Assembly: GCA_963666055.2 (NCBI GenBank)
Contig: CAXWPH010000015.1
Location: forward strand, 640,001-704,000
Length of the DNA stretch: 64,000 bases
From: Acidobacteriota bacterium
GTDB taxonomy: Bacteria; Acidobacteriota; UBA890; WLXD01
Direction: 5' to 3'
In this document: one piece after another, positions 37,276-46,790 of the stretch
Position numbering within the stretch: position 1 is the stretch's first letter
Layout: each line of letters starts with the position of its first letter
Notes under the pieces: generated by a model
Seen by the model: only the letters and a program-made list of their open reading frames with translations
Databases searched by the model: none
Told to the model about the DNA's origin: nothing
Position numbers and translations under genes: made by a program

Positions 37276-40152
37276 ATGACATCGAGACGATCCCCGCTCG
37301 CAGCTCGCGGCCTACGCGCCGTCGGGATCATGGTCACCGCGGTCGCCTTGTTGGGCAGCGCTGCGTGGGCACCACAGGCCACCCCCAACGTCGTCCAATC
37401 CGCTGCGGATCAGCACCCCTCGGACCTCGCGAACCTGCGCTGGCGTCCGATCGGCCCCGCCACCATGGGTGGCCGCATCGCCGATTTCGCCGCCGTGAAT
37501 GCCGACACGTTCTACGTTGGTGTCGCCTCCGGCAACCTGTGGAAGACGACAAACCGCGGCACCACCTGGGAATCGTTGTTCGAGGACGAGGAGGTCAACT
37601 CGATCGGCGCCGTGGCCGTGGCACCGTCCAACCCGGACGTCGTGTGGATCGGCACCGGCGAGGCCAACAACCGTCAGAGCTCCCCATGGGGCGCCGGCGT
37701 GTACCGGTCGACCGACGGCGGCGCCAACTGGACCCACCGCGGGCTCACCAACACGCGGCACATCGGTCGCATCGTGGTTCATCCGAACGATCCTGATACC
37801 GCGTTCGTGGCGGCAGCGGGTAGCCTTTGGGGTCCTAGCCCGGAGCGCGGCGTGTTCCGCACGCGCGACGGCGGAACGTCGTGGGACAAGGTGCTTTATG
37901 TCGACGCCGACACCGGGGTGACCGACCTGGTGATGGATCCAGACGACCCCGACACGGTTCTGGCGGCGACCTACCAGCGCCGCCGCACCGCTTGCTGCTT
38001 CGTCGGCGGCGGTCCCGGCAGCGGCATCTACCGAACCGGCAACGGCGGCGATTCCTGGACGAAGCTGACAGCGGGCCTGCCAGGCGGCGACATGGGCCGC
38101 ATCGGGCTCGATATCTATCAGCGTAACGGCAGCCTGATCATCGCCACCGTGGAGGCGGCTGCGCCCGACAGTGGTGTCTATCGGTCATCGGACGGCGGTG
38201 ATTCGTGGGACAAGATCAACGATCAGAACCCGCGGCCGATGTATTTCAGCCAGATCCGTATCGACCCTGATGACGCACAGCGAGTCTACGTGCTGGCCGG
38301 CGTCCTGCTTATCTCCGACGACGGCGGCGTGACCTTCAGGCGGAGCGATGCCGTCGGTATCCATCCCGATCTGCACGCCATGTGGATCGACCCAAACAAT
38401 ACCGATACCGTTCTGCTCGGCCACGATGGCGGGGTCTTGATGAGCGCCGATCGCGCCGAGACTTGGCGGTTCCTGGACAACCTGCCAATCGGCCAGTTCT
38501 ACGAGATCGGCGTCGACATGCGTGACCCGTACTGGGTATATGGCGGCCTGCAGGACAACGTGATCATCACCGAGACGCAGAACGGAGCGCTGATGCGCTT
38601 CAACTTGGCGACGATGGAGCGTCAGTCGATTCGGCTCCAGACACCGCAGCAGAGCGGCGAGGACGGCACCAGCGAACCCTATCGCTGGAACTGGGACAGC
38701 CCGCTGATCATTTCCGAGCACGACCCCGACACGCTCTATGCGGCTGGCAACGTCCTATTCCGATCCCGCGACCAGGGAAACGCCTGGGAGGCGATCAGCC
38801 CTGACCTCAGCAAGAACATAGACCGCCAGACCACGACCATCATGGGGGCACATCCGGTCGAGGGTGTGCTGTCGCTCAACGACGGCGTCTCGTCGTACGG
38901 CAACATCACCACCGTTTCCGAGTCGCTGGCGAACGCCGACGTCATCTTCGTAGGCACCGACGACGGTAATGTGCAGCGTACGATCGACGGCGGAGCGAGC
39001 TGGACTGATCTTACCGAGACCTTTCCTGGCCTACCGGAGCTCACTACCAGCAGCCGACTGCAGGCCTCGCGCTTCGACGAGCGCAGGGTTTACGCCACCT
39101 TCGACGGCCACCAGCAAGACGACATGAAGCCCTACGTCTATGTCAGCGACGACGCGGGCGACAGCTGGCGGGCAATCACCGCCGGGCTACCCGACTGGTC
39201 GGTCAACGTGATCGCCGAGCACCACCGCAACCCCGACCTGCTGTTTCTCGGCAACGAGCTCGGCGTCTACTTCTCGCCCGATCGCGGCGCCACCTGGCAG
39301 CGGCTGAAGAACAACTTGCCCAGCGTGCCGGTCGACGACATTGTCGTGCATCCGCGCGACAACGATCTGATCATCGGCACCCACGGTCGCAGTATCTGGA
39401 TCCTCGACGACATCACGCCGCTGGAGAAACTGGCCGAGGCGCGTGCGTCGCGAGGCCCGTATCTGTTTCCAGTGCGCCGCGCCGAGTTGTTCAACGACCT
39501 GCCGCGCAACACCTATGCGGGCGCCGCCGAGTTCTGGGCTCCGAATCCGCCCGCCGGGGCGATCATCCGTTACCGCTTGAACGACGAGGCGACAGCAACG
39601 GGCAACGAGCCCACGGTGCTGCTGAACATTCTTGACACCGATGGCGCGACCCTTCGGACCTTGTCAGGCGCGGGTACCATTGGATCGCACCAGCTCGAAT
39701 GGGATCTGCGGGTCAATTCGCCGTTCGCGGCCGACGACGCCAGCCAGCTCGGTCTGCCGGCGCCACCCGACGGACCGCGTGTGCTCCCGGGCGACTACGA
39801 GGTCCAGCTGCTCGCCGGGAACGCGAGCGTCTCGGTGCCGGTAACGGTAGCGTTGGCATCCGGCCTGGACGCCTCGCGAGCTGATCTCGAAGCACGACAA
39901 GGGGCGCTGATGCGGGCCCACGAGCTAACGCGATCTCTCTACCGGGCAAGGCGAACGATCCGTCAGCTCCCCGAGCTGACGGCCAAAGCAGAAGCCATCG
40001 ACGAACGCGTCGAGCGCGCACAGGGCCAGCTGTCATCGCTGGCCCAGCGCATCGACGGCTCGACGACACGCCCGACCGTGGATCAATTGCGGGCACTCGA
40101 TGTCGCCGAAGCGGCGGCGCTTTCGCTGTTGGCGAGCCTCGACGATCTGTAG
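37276..40152 (+). CDS. Exported VPS10/BNR-repeat (sortilin-like) glycosyl hydrolase-like protein
   Basis: WRPIGPATMGGRI, repeated S/TxDGGxxW Asp-boxes, NDLIIGTHGRSIWILDDI, C-terminal coiled coil. Start ATG 37276. Confidence 0.88.
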   Translation: MTSRRSPLAARGLRAVGIMVTAVALLGSAAWAPQATPNVVQSAADQHPSDLANLRWRPIGPATMGGRIADFAAVNADTFYVGVASGNLWKTTNRGTTWESLFEDEEVNSIGAVAVAPSNPDVVWIGTGEANNRQSSPWGAGVYRSTDGGANWTHRGLTNTRHIGRIVVHPNDPDTAFVAAAGSLWGPSPERGVFRTRDGGTSWDKVLYVDADTGVTDLVMDPDDPDTVLAATYQRRRTACCFVGGGPGSGIYRTGNGGDSWTKLTAGLPGGDMGRIGLDIYQRNGSLIIATVEAAAPDSGVYRSSDGGDSWDKINDQNPRPMYFSQIRIDPDDAQRVYVLAGVLLISDDGGVTFRRSDAVGIHPDLHAMWIDPNNTDTVLLGHDGGVLMSADRAETWRFLDNLPIGQFYEIGVDMRDPYWVYGGLQDNVIITETQNGALMRFNLATMERQSIRLQTPQQSGEDGTSEPYRWNWDSPLIISEHDPDTLYAAGNVLFRSRDQGNAWEAISPDLSKNIDRQTTTIMGAHPVEGVLSLNDGVSSYGNITTVSESLANADVIFVGTDDGNVQRTIDGGASWTDLTETFPGLPELTTSSRLQASRFDERRVYATFDGHQQDDMKPYVYVSDDAGDSWRAITAGLPDWSVNVIAEHHRNPDLLFLGNELGVYFSPDRGATWQRLKNNLPSVPVDDIVVHPRDNDLIIGTHGRSIWILDDITPLEKLAEARASRGPYLFPVRRAELFNDLPRNTYAGAAEFWAPNPPAGAIIRYRLNDEATATGNEPTVLLNILDTDGATLRTLSGAGTIGSHQLEWDLRVNSPFAADDASQLGLPAPPDGPRVLPGDYEVQLLAGNASVSVPVTVALASGLDASRADLEARQGALMRAHELTRSLYRARRTIRQLPELTAKAEAIDERVERAQGQLSSLAQRIDGSTTRPTVDQLRALDVAEAAALSLLASLDDL

Positions 40153-40347
40153 CTACTCGGCGCAGCCATGGCAGCCGCTACGGCACGTCGCCTCGAAGGC
40201 TCCCTGAAGCGAGCGCTCGTCGATGCCCAGCCGAATCGAGCGGGCTGCGTGGGGGCCCACGGGGTATCCATTTCGGGCCTACGTCTGGCAGCCGTGCGCC
40301 GGGTGCACTCGTTGCCGTGGGCGCCGCCGGAAGATAGCGTGAGCGCA

Positions 40348-40625
40348 CTAGCAGGCCGTGGCGAAAGTGTGGTGGGTCTGGCGACAGGGTCTTGCGAAGT
40401 GGAGGCAAGAAGAGAGGAGGAGGCGATGGTTACCCCATCGTGGACGAGGAACGACGCAGCATGCGCGCGCAACCCCCTGTCCCCGAAGGGTTACGGCGAG
40501 TTGGGGCCATTTGCGGCGTTGGCCTTCCTGGACGATGGCTAGGGCATCGCCTGTGTCAGGCCGCCTTGCATCTGGCCCCAACTCGCCCTAACCAGACCCA
40601 CCACACTTTCACCACGGCCTGCTAG
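40348..40625. mobile_element. CTAG-flanked MITE-like element, copy 2 (278 bp, opposite orientation)
   Basis: 34-bp TIRs CTAGCAGGCCGTGGYGAAAGTGTGGTGGGTCTGG (1 mismatch); reverse-complement homology to copy 1. Confidence 0.92.
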
Positions 40626-40636
40626 GAGGCCCGACC

Positions 40637-41641
40637 GTGCGAACTCGACGGGAATTCTGCTTTGACGCGGGAGCAAAACTGATGGCACTGAGCGCAGTAA
40701 CCAGCGGCAACTCGCTCGCCAACCGGGCCCAAGGCACAGGCCTGGTCTACGACGCCCGCTACCTGGACCACGTCCTCGACAGTCGGGTCGGGGATCCGCA
40801 TCCTGAGCGGCCGCTGCGTCTCGAGAAGATCATGGCGATGCTGGAGACGCGTGGGCTGCGCGACCGGCTCGTGCCGGTGGCGCTGCATGATGATCCGATG
40901 CCTCACATTCGTGACCACCACACCGCCGAGCACGTCGGCGCGGTGGGTCAGATCGATGTCACCGGGCCTGTGGCAGAGCTGGCGGTAGCGGGGGCGCTGG
41001 CTGCGGTGGATGCCGTGGCAACCGGCACGCTGCGCAACGTCTTCTGCGCCGCCCGCCCCCCCGGACACCACGCCAACAACACCGGCATGGAAGAGGGGTT
41101 CTGTTTCTACAGCAACGCTGCGATCGCGGCGAAATACGCCCAGCAGGTGCACGGCTACGAGAAGCTCCTCATCGTCGACTGGGACTACCACCATGGCAAC
41201 GGTACCCAGAACGCTTTCTACGACGACCCCACGGTGCTGTTCTTCTCCACCCACGACTGGCAGGCGTACCCGGGAACCGGCGATCCGTCGCTCTTGGGAG
41301 CGGGCGATGGCACCGAGCTCAACATCAACGTGCACCTGGATTGCGGCTGCAGCGACCGGGACATGCTCGGCAGCTGGGACCGCAAGCTCATGCCCAAGGT
41401 CGAGGCCTTCAAGCCCGACTTCATCATCGTGTCAGCGGGATTTGACAGCCGCATGGACGATCTACTTGGCTGCTTCAACGTTACCGACGACGCGTTCCGC
41501 CGTATGACTCGCACCGTCATGGACATGGCCGATCATTATTGCGATGGACGCGTCGTTTCGTTGTTGGAGGGCGGCTACAACGTCGACGGGCTGGCGCTGG
41601 CAACAGCGGCGCACCTGGAGACACTGCTCGATCACGGCTAG
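40637..41641 (+). CDS. Histone deacetylase/acetylpolyamine amidohydrolase family protein with a Tat-like signal
   Basis: TRREF N-terminus; HPERPLR, RPPGHHA, GFCFYSN, DWDYHHGNGTQ, SAGFD, LEGGY. Confidence 0.92.
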   Translation: MRTRREFCFDAGAKLMALSAVTSGNSLANRAQGTGLVYDARYLDHVLDSRVGDPHPERPLRLEKIMAMLETRGLRDRLVPVALHDDPMPHIRDHHTAEHVGAVGQIDVTGPVAELAVAGALAAVDAVATGTLRNVFCAARPPGHHANNTGMEEGFCFYSNAAIAAKYAQQVHGYEKLLIVDWDYHHGNGTQNAFYDDPTVLFFSTHDWQAYPGTGDPSLLGAGDGTELNINVHLDCGCSDRDMLGSWDRKLMPKVEAFKPDFIIVSAGFDSRMDDLLGCFNVTDDAFRRMTRTVMDMADHYCDGRVVSLLEGGYNVDGLALATAAHLETLLDHG

Positions 41642-41667
41642 CGTCGTGCCCCGAGTCGTGACGCGGC

Positions 41668-42639
41668 TCAAGGCAGCGCGACGACTTTCCCGAGAACCTT
41701 GCGATCGAGCATGTCGCGCATTGCCTGCGGCACTTCCTCGAGAGAGCAGCGTCGTGAGATCAGCGGCCGGAGATCGCCCGCCGCGGCGTACTCCCCGAGC
41801 TCCCGCGACATCGTCTGGAAGATCTCGGGCTCCTTCGCCCTCGCGGCCCCCCAAGAGACCCCGACGATGGAAGAACCCTTGAGAAGGGAGAGGTTGAGCG
41901 GAATGCGCGGGATGCCTGCAGTGAAGCCGACGACCAGGAATCGGCCCCGCCAGTTCGTGGCACGAAACGCAGCCTCGGCGTAATCACCACCCACCGCGTC
42001 GAAGACAACGTCCACGCCTTCTCCACTCGTAAGCTCCTTGGCGCGATTCTTCAGATCCTCCTGCTCATAGTTGATCGTCTCGTCTGCGCCACGCTCGCGA
42101 CACAGGGCCAGCTTCTCGGGCGTGGAGGCGGCGGCAATGACCTTGGCGCCAAGCAGCTTCCCCAACTCGATCGTCGCCAGCCCGAGGCTCCCCGCGGCTC
42201 CGAGAACGAGCAGAGTCTCGCCCGGCTGCAGATCGCCGCGGTACTTCAGCGCGTACAAGCTAGTGCCGTAGGCGTATCCGAACCCCGTCGCCTCGGCGTA
42301 TTCCAGTCCCTGAGGCAAACGTCGCAAGTCGGCCGCCGGAATCGCCACCCGTTCAGCAAAACCGCCCGTGGCGCGCCCGCCGACAACATCGTCGCCCGTC
42401 GCAAGCTCCGTCACGTCCGCGCCCACGGCGCTCACCACGCCCGCCACATCACTACCCGGAATGAAGGGCGGCGTCGCCTTGACCTGATAGCGATCCTCGA
42501 TGATCAAGGTGTCGGGAAAGGTGATCGCCACGGCGCGAACATCCACGACCACCTCGCCCTCGCCGGGGCTTGGGTCGTCGACAGTCTCGACCGCCAGACT
42601 CTCAGGCGAGCCAAACGCCTTGCAGACAATGGCTCTCAC
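41668..42639 (-). CDS. NADPH:quinone oxidoreductase (zeta-crystallin/MDR family)
   Basis: PFIPG, GETLLVLGAAGSLG, GVDVVFDAVGG, GRFLVVGF, GKVV. Confidence 0.93.
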   Translation of the reverse strand: MRAIVCKAFGSPESLAVETVDDPSPGEGEVVVDVRAVAITFPDTLIIEDRYQVKATPPFIPGSDVAGVVSAVGADVTELATGDDVVGGRATGGFAERVAIPAADLRRLPQGLEYAEATGFGYAYGTSLYALKYRGDLQPGETLLVLGAAGSLGLATIELGKLLGAKVIAAASTPEKLALCRERGADETINYEQEDLKNRAKELTSGEGVDVVFDAVGGDYAEAAFRATNWRGRFLVVGFTAGIPRIPLNLSLLKGSSIVGVSWGAARAKEPEIFQTMSRELGEYAAAGDLRPLISRRCSLEEVPQAMRDMLDRKVLGKVVALP

Positions 42640-42747
42640 ATTCGCACCTCGTTTGTTAGAACCGGAAGGGCGCGCGTCTCGTCGTCGCGCCTGGCATCCG
42701 CACCCATTTCGCCACCACGATATGCAAGGATCATCTGTTACAGGCTG

Positions 42748-43160
42748 CTAGCAGGCCGTGGTGGAAGTGTGGCGGGCCTGGTTACGGCGAGTTGGGGCCA
42801 GATGCAAGGCGGCCTGACACTGGCGATGCCCCGGCCATCGTCTAGCAGGGTGCTGAAAAACTCTGATGGGTCTGGCGGGTGGGTCTTGCTGGCGAGATCA
42901 AGGAAGAGCGACGAGGGCGATGCCAGGGTCATCGTCGAGGAGCTCTGACGCTGAGATCGCCAGCAAGACCCACCCGCCCAACGGGTTACGCCGCAGACGG
43001 CCCCAAATCGCCGTAACCCTTCGGGCGATAGGGGGTTGCGCGCGTATGCTACGTCGTTCCTCGTCAACGATGGGGTAACCATCGCCTCCTCCTCTCTCCT
43101 TGCCTCCGCCCCGCAAGACCCTGTCGCCAGGCCCGCCACACTTCCACCACGGCCTGCTAG
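42748..43160. mobile_element. CTAG-flanked MITE-like element, copy 3, containing a nested element
   Basis: Perfect 34-bp TIRs CTAGCAGGCCGTGGTGGAAGTGTGGCGGGCCTGG; colinear with copy 1 except for an insertion of about 145 bp. Confidence 0.92.
42842..42987. mobile_element. Nested, one-ended related element
   Basis: Begins CTAGCAGGGTGCTGAAAAACTC; 22-bp perfect stem GGCGGGTGGGTCTTGCTGGCGA / TCGCCAGCAAGACCCACCCGCC encloses the same core module. Confidence 0.8.
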
Positions 43161-45235
43161 ACGAGATCCCGCGGGATCGTGTCGGCCCACTCCTTCTCGT
43201 ACTGCAGCTCGCCGTCGACTCGCAGCTCACGCCGGACGCTGATCTCGAAAGTCTTCTCGTCGCTCTCGAGGGTCATCCAGGAGTTGCAGGTGATCACGCG
43301 GCCGTCCTTCCGCACCTCGTCGCGGCCCTCGGCGACGATGGTGGCGTGCGCCGGATCCCGGTCGCTAGCGGTGGACCAGCGTCGCTCCATGCTGCCGTAT
43401 GCCGGCTGGATCGTTTCCCGAAACACCGTCACGGTCTGCTTCATCTCGTCGCGAATGACCTCCCACTGGTCGATGGGTCCAGGCCCGGCCAAACCCTGGA
43501 CTTCGACGATCTCGGGAGGCTCGTAGGGCCGCGACCGGGCGCTCGCCGACATGACCGGCAGGACGATGCGGGAGGGGTGATCGGCGTCGACGTGCAGTTT
43601 GGTCGTCATCCGATACGGCGTCGGCCACAGGTTGGGGAAATCGGCGTTGGCGATCGCCACGCGCACCCTATGCCCCTTGGGAAACACCCAGGAGATGACC
43701 TTGAGGTTGAACTTCAGCTCGTAGATCTCACCCGGGGTCAACGGCTCGGGATCGACGTGCGAGTCACGATGGGCACCGTTGATAATGCCCTTGGTCACCA
43801 ACGTAGAGGTTCCGTCGGGGGCAACGTCACACAGGCGGACGATCCAGTTCGCTACCGGCGCGCTGGCGGATACGTGCAGAATCGCCTGTGGGAAGCCGAG
43901 GATTTCGAAGCTGGCTTCCAGCGGCACGGTATCGAAGGTCATCGCGTAGGCGTCGTCGGCGCGCTGGTCGATCGGTAACTCGGCCGCGTTGTGCGGGCAG
44001 CGGTAGCGGTTGGTCATCCCGACGGTGGGCTTGTACTCGAGCTCCGACTCATGGTCGAACGTCCGCTCGCGCCCCAGGACTCCCTCTGGCTGCGGATACC
44101 AGGTCACTGCGTCGATGCCCTCCGGTGGCCAATCGGTGTAGCGCCACTCCCCCGGAATGTTCTCGAGCTCCAGGCTGGGCTTGTACGAGTTGTTGACGTA
44201 CATCGCCAGCCGTGGCTCCTGCATCAGCCCGGTGTCGTTGTCCTTGAGCCAATGATCCCACCAGCGCAACATCTCGGGTTTGGGGTTATACGGTGGCCCC
44301 GGCTTGCCGATCGAGTGCGTCCACTGGCCAATGATGGCGCGCGTCGGGACCGACATCCTCTCGAGCATGCGCGGGATGCTGTCGGTATAGGCATCGATCC
44401 AGCCGCCGATCATCATCGTCGGGATCTTGATGGCGGCGTAGTCGGGACGCAGTGACATGCGCTGCCAGAACTCGTCGTTGCGCTGGTGGCGCAGCATGTC
44501 GAAGACCCAGGGCTGGTGCTCTACCCGGTAGCGCGCCTCCTCGGTGTCCGGGTCGTAATCGGGCCAGGCCGGCAATCCCATGTTGGAGATCATCGAGAAC
44601 GGCCAGCGGCCAAGCGACTCGAACTGTAGCGCCCCGTCGTAGTAGACGATGTCGTCGGTGAACACATCGTCGGTAGCGTGCATGGGCACGATCGCCTTCA
44701 GCGCCGGCGGCTGCATCATCGCGACCTGCGTGGCGTTGAAGCCGCCGTAGGATGAGCCGAACATGCCGACGTTGCCGTTGCTCCATGCCTGGGTCGCCAA
44801 CCACTCGATGACATCGAGGGCGTCTTCACGCTCCTGAACCGAGTACTCGTTGGGCGTCGTCCAGCCGGCGCTCGTGCCAGTGCCGCGTACGTCCACCTGG
44901 GCGACCACGTAGCCGCGCTCGGCGTAGTACCCGAAGCTGCCGAGTTGATCGGATTCGGTGCGTCGGTACGGGTCGTAGCTGAACAGAGCGGGGAAATTAT
45001 CGTCCGGGCCGGCGCCCTCGGGCATCACCAGCCGGGCGGCCAGACGCACACCGTCGCGCATGGGGATGAAAGCGAGCACCGAGCGCGCCCCGAAGCGCGG
45101 TTGGCTGACCTTCTCGGTCCATGGAGCAGCGCTGGCTACCCCGCCGAGAAGTTGCGCCGCGCCAGCCCGAGCACTCAGCAAGCTAGCCCCGGCGATCGAA
45201 CCGGCCTTGCCGAGAAAATCCCGTCGCGTGTCCAT
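43157..45235 (-). CDS. Tat-exported CocE/NonD family hydrolase
   Basis: TRRDFL signal, MRDGVRLAA, DPYRR, GSSYGG, GGWID.Y, GQWTH, ADFPNLWP. Confidence 0.92.
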   Translation of the reverse strand: MDTRRDFLGKAGSIAGASLLSARAGAAQLLGGVASAAPWTEKVSQPRFGARSVLAFIPMRDGVRLAARLVMPEGAGPDDNFPALFSYDPYRRTESDQLGSFGYYAERGYVVAQVDVRGTGTSAGWTTPNEYSVQEREDALDVIEWLATQAWSNGNVGMFGSSYGGFNATQVAMMQPPALKAIVPMHATDDVFTDDIVYYDGALQFESLGRWPFSMISNMGLPAWPDYDPDTEEARYRVEHQPWVFDMLRHQRNDEFWQRMSLRPDYAAIKIPTMMIGGWIDAYTDSIPRMLERMSVPTRAIIGQWTHSIGKPGPPYNPKPEMLRWWDHWLKDNDTGLMQEPRLAMYVNNSYKPSLELENIPGEWRYTDWPPEGIDAVTWYPQPEGVLGRERTFDHESELEYKPTVGMTNRYRCPHNAAELPIDQRADDAYAMTFDTVPLEASFEILGFPQAILHVSASAPVANWIVRLCDVAPDGTSTLVTKGIINGAHRDSHVDPEPLTPGEIYELKFNLKVISWVFPKGHRVRVAIANADFPNLWPTPYRMTTKLHVDADHPSRIVLPVMSASARSRPYEPPEIVEVQGLAGPGPIDQWEVIRDEMKQTVTVFRETIQPAYGSMERRWSTASDRDPAHATIVAEGRDEVRKDGRVITCNSWMTLESDEKTFEISVRRELRVDGELQYEKEWADTIPRDLV

Positions 45236-45407
45236 GGTGCACTCTCCTCCACTACCGGCAGAGCGGATTCAGAAATCCCCGGAGGTCTTCGGCTGGCATT
45301 CTTCGAGACCTCGTGGCCGCAGTCAACCGCGAGCACGTTGCGCCCTGCAGCGCCGCATCTACGCGTCTGCGCCGAGGCCCCGGCCGAGGTCCGTGACCGG
45401 TCCGCCG

Positions 45408-46760
45408 TCAGCGTCGAGCGAGCCGGGGGCCGAAGATCACCACCACCCAGAACAACATCGCCGCCACGCAGATCCCCAGTACCGGCAACCCGCCGAGCAC
45501 CGCAATGAGCGGGATCGCGGCGCCGGTCCATAGTCCGCCTCCCATGATCGGCTCGTGCAGCAGCTGCTTGCCGGCAAACGCCTTCGCCGCCGACGACTCG
45601 TAGTCGGGATCGACCACCCGCAGCAACAGCAGGCCGGTGGCGGTGACGCCCATCGACTGACCCATCTCGGCGATGCTGCGCTCGAACCACGCATCGTGGA
45701 AGACGCGTCGGGCGAGGAACATGACGCAGAACACGTTCCACAGGATGCCGGCAACGATGAGGATCATCAGCGGCGCCAGCCCGGTGGCGACCACGTCGAG
45801 ACGAATCGTGGCAATCGCCGCGATGACCAGAAAGTCGAGCGCCGCGTTCTGGATTCTCCGCATCAGCCCGAGATCGATCAGCTTGTGGCGGTCGTACTTG
45901 TCCTCCCACCACTAGATTAGCACCCCGCCGATCATGCACAGCGGGAACAGCGGAAAGCTCGCCAGCAGCCGATACTGCGCCAGGCCGGGAATTGCAGCCT
46001 CGACGAGCAACAGGCCCTCCTTGAGGAGGATCCCGAAGAAAATCGCCAGCCCCACGACTACCACATGCAGGCTGAGCGATTCGACGGCGTCGGTGTTGAC
46101 CGTCAGGTGTCCGGCGACCGGCCGCCCCTTGACCGGGAGAAACCCGGCAGACTCGTCGGCACTCAAATCGGCCGCCGGGCGCTTGACTTCGGTGTAACCG
46201 TGCCGCACAGCCCAGTTGACCAATGCCATGCCGACGATGATCGCCCCGAGGATGCCGCCAGTTGCCGCCGCTAACGCGAAGTCCCTACCCTCATCCCAGC
46301 CCAGATCGGTGAACACCGGCCCCAGGCCGGCGGCAGTGCCGTGCCCGCCCTCGAAGCCGACCGGCAGGATACCGCCGAACAAGTCGGACAGGCCGAACAT
46401 GGGTCCGAGAAACGCCAAAACGAGCCCGATGCCGACCACGTACTGACCCCAGGCAACTAGCTGGCCGTAGGCGAGCTGCAGGCCGGCGATTCCCCACAGC
46501 TCGGACAGCTTGGGCAGGGTCACGCCGAGAAACAGGCAGGCGAAGACCACGTTGATCAACAGCCCCGGCAGCGCGCTCCATCCGGCCGTCCAAACGGCGG
46601 GCAGCGGGTACCCGGCAACGCGGCCTACTTGCAGAACGACCAGCCCCAGCAGCCCACCGATGACGCACGAGGGCAGATAGAGCATCTGCAGGGTGCGCAG
46701 CTTGGTACGCACCCAGTGGCCGAGACCAAGCAGAATGCACAGACCGACGAACGATTGCAT
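45408..46760 (-). pseudogene. Sodium/glutamate symporter (GltS family) interrupted by an in-frame TAG at 45912-45914
   Basis: LYLPSCVIGG, GFEGGHGTAAG, FPLFPLCMIGG-VLI*WWEDKYD...ALDFLVIAAIAT, GQSMGVTATGLLLLRVVDP; both halves are in one frame. Confidence 0.8.
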
Positions 46761-46790
46761 GGGAGTCGTTAACTCCGGTTGGGGCGGTGC

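Noticed and set aside
42735-42751. TTACAGGCTGCTAG as the end of a further tandem element abutting copy 3
   Set aside because: Resemblance is limited to about 9 bp, and no partner end or module was found upstream.
45912-45914. Pyrrolysine or genome-wide TAG reassignment
   Set aside because: TAG is the normal stop for many genes here, the site is in a transporter rather than a methyltransferase, and no pyl genes are in view.
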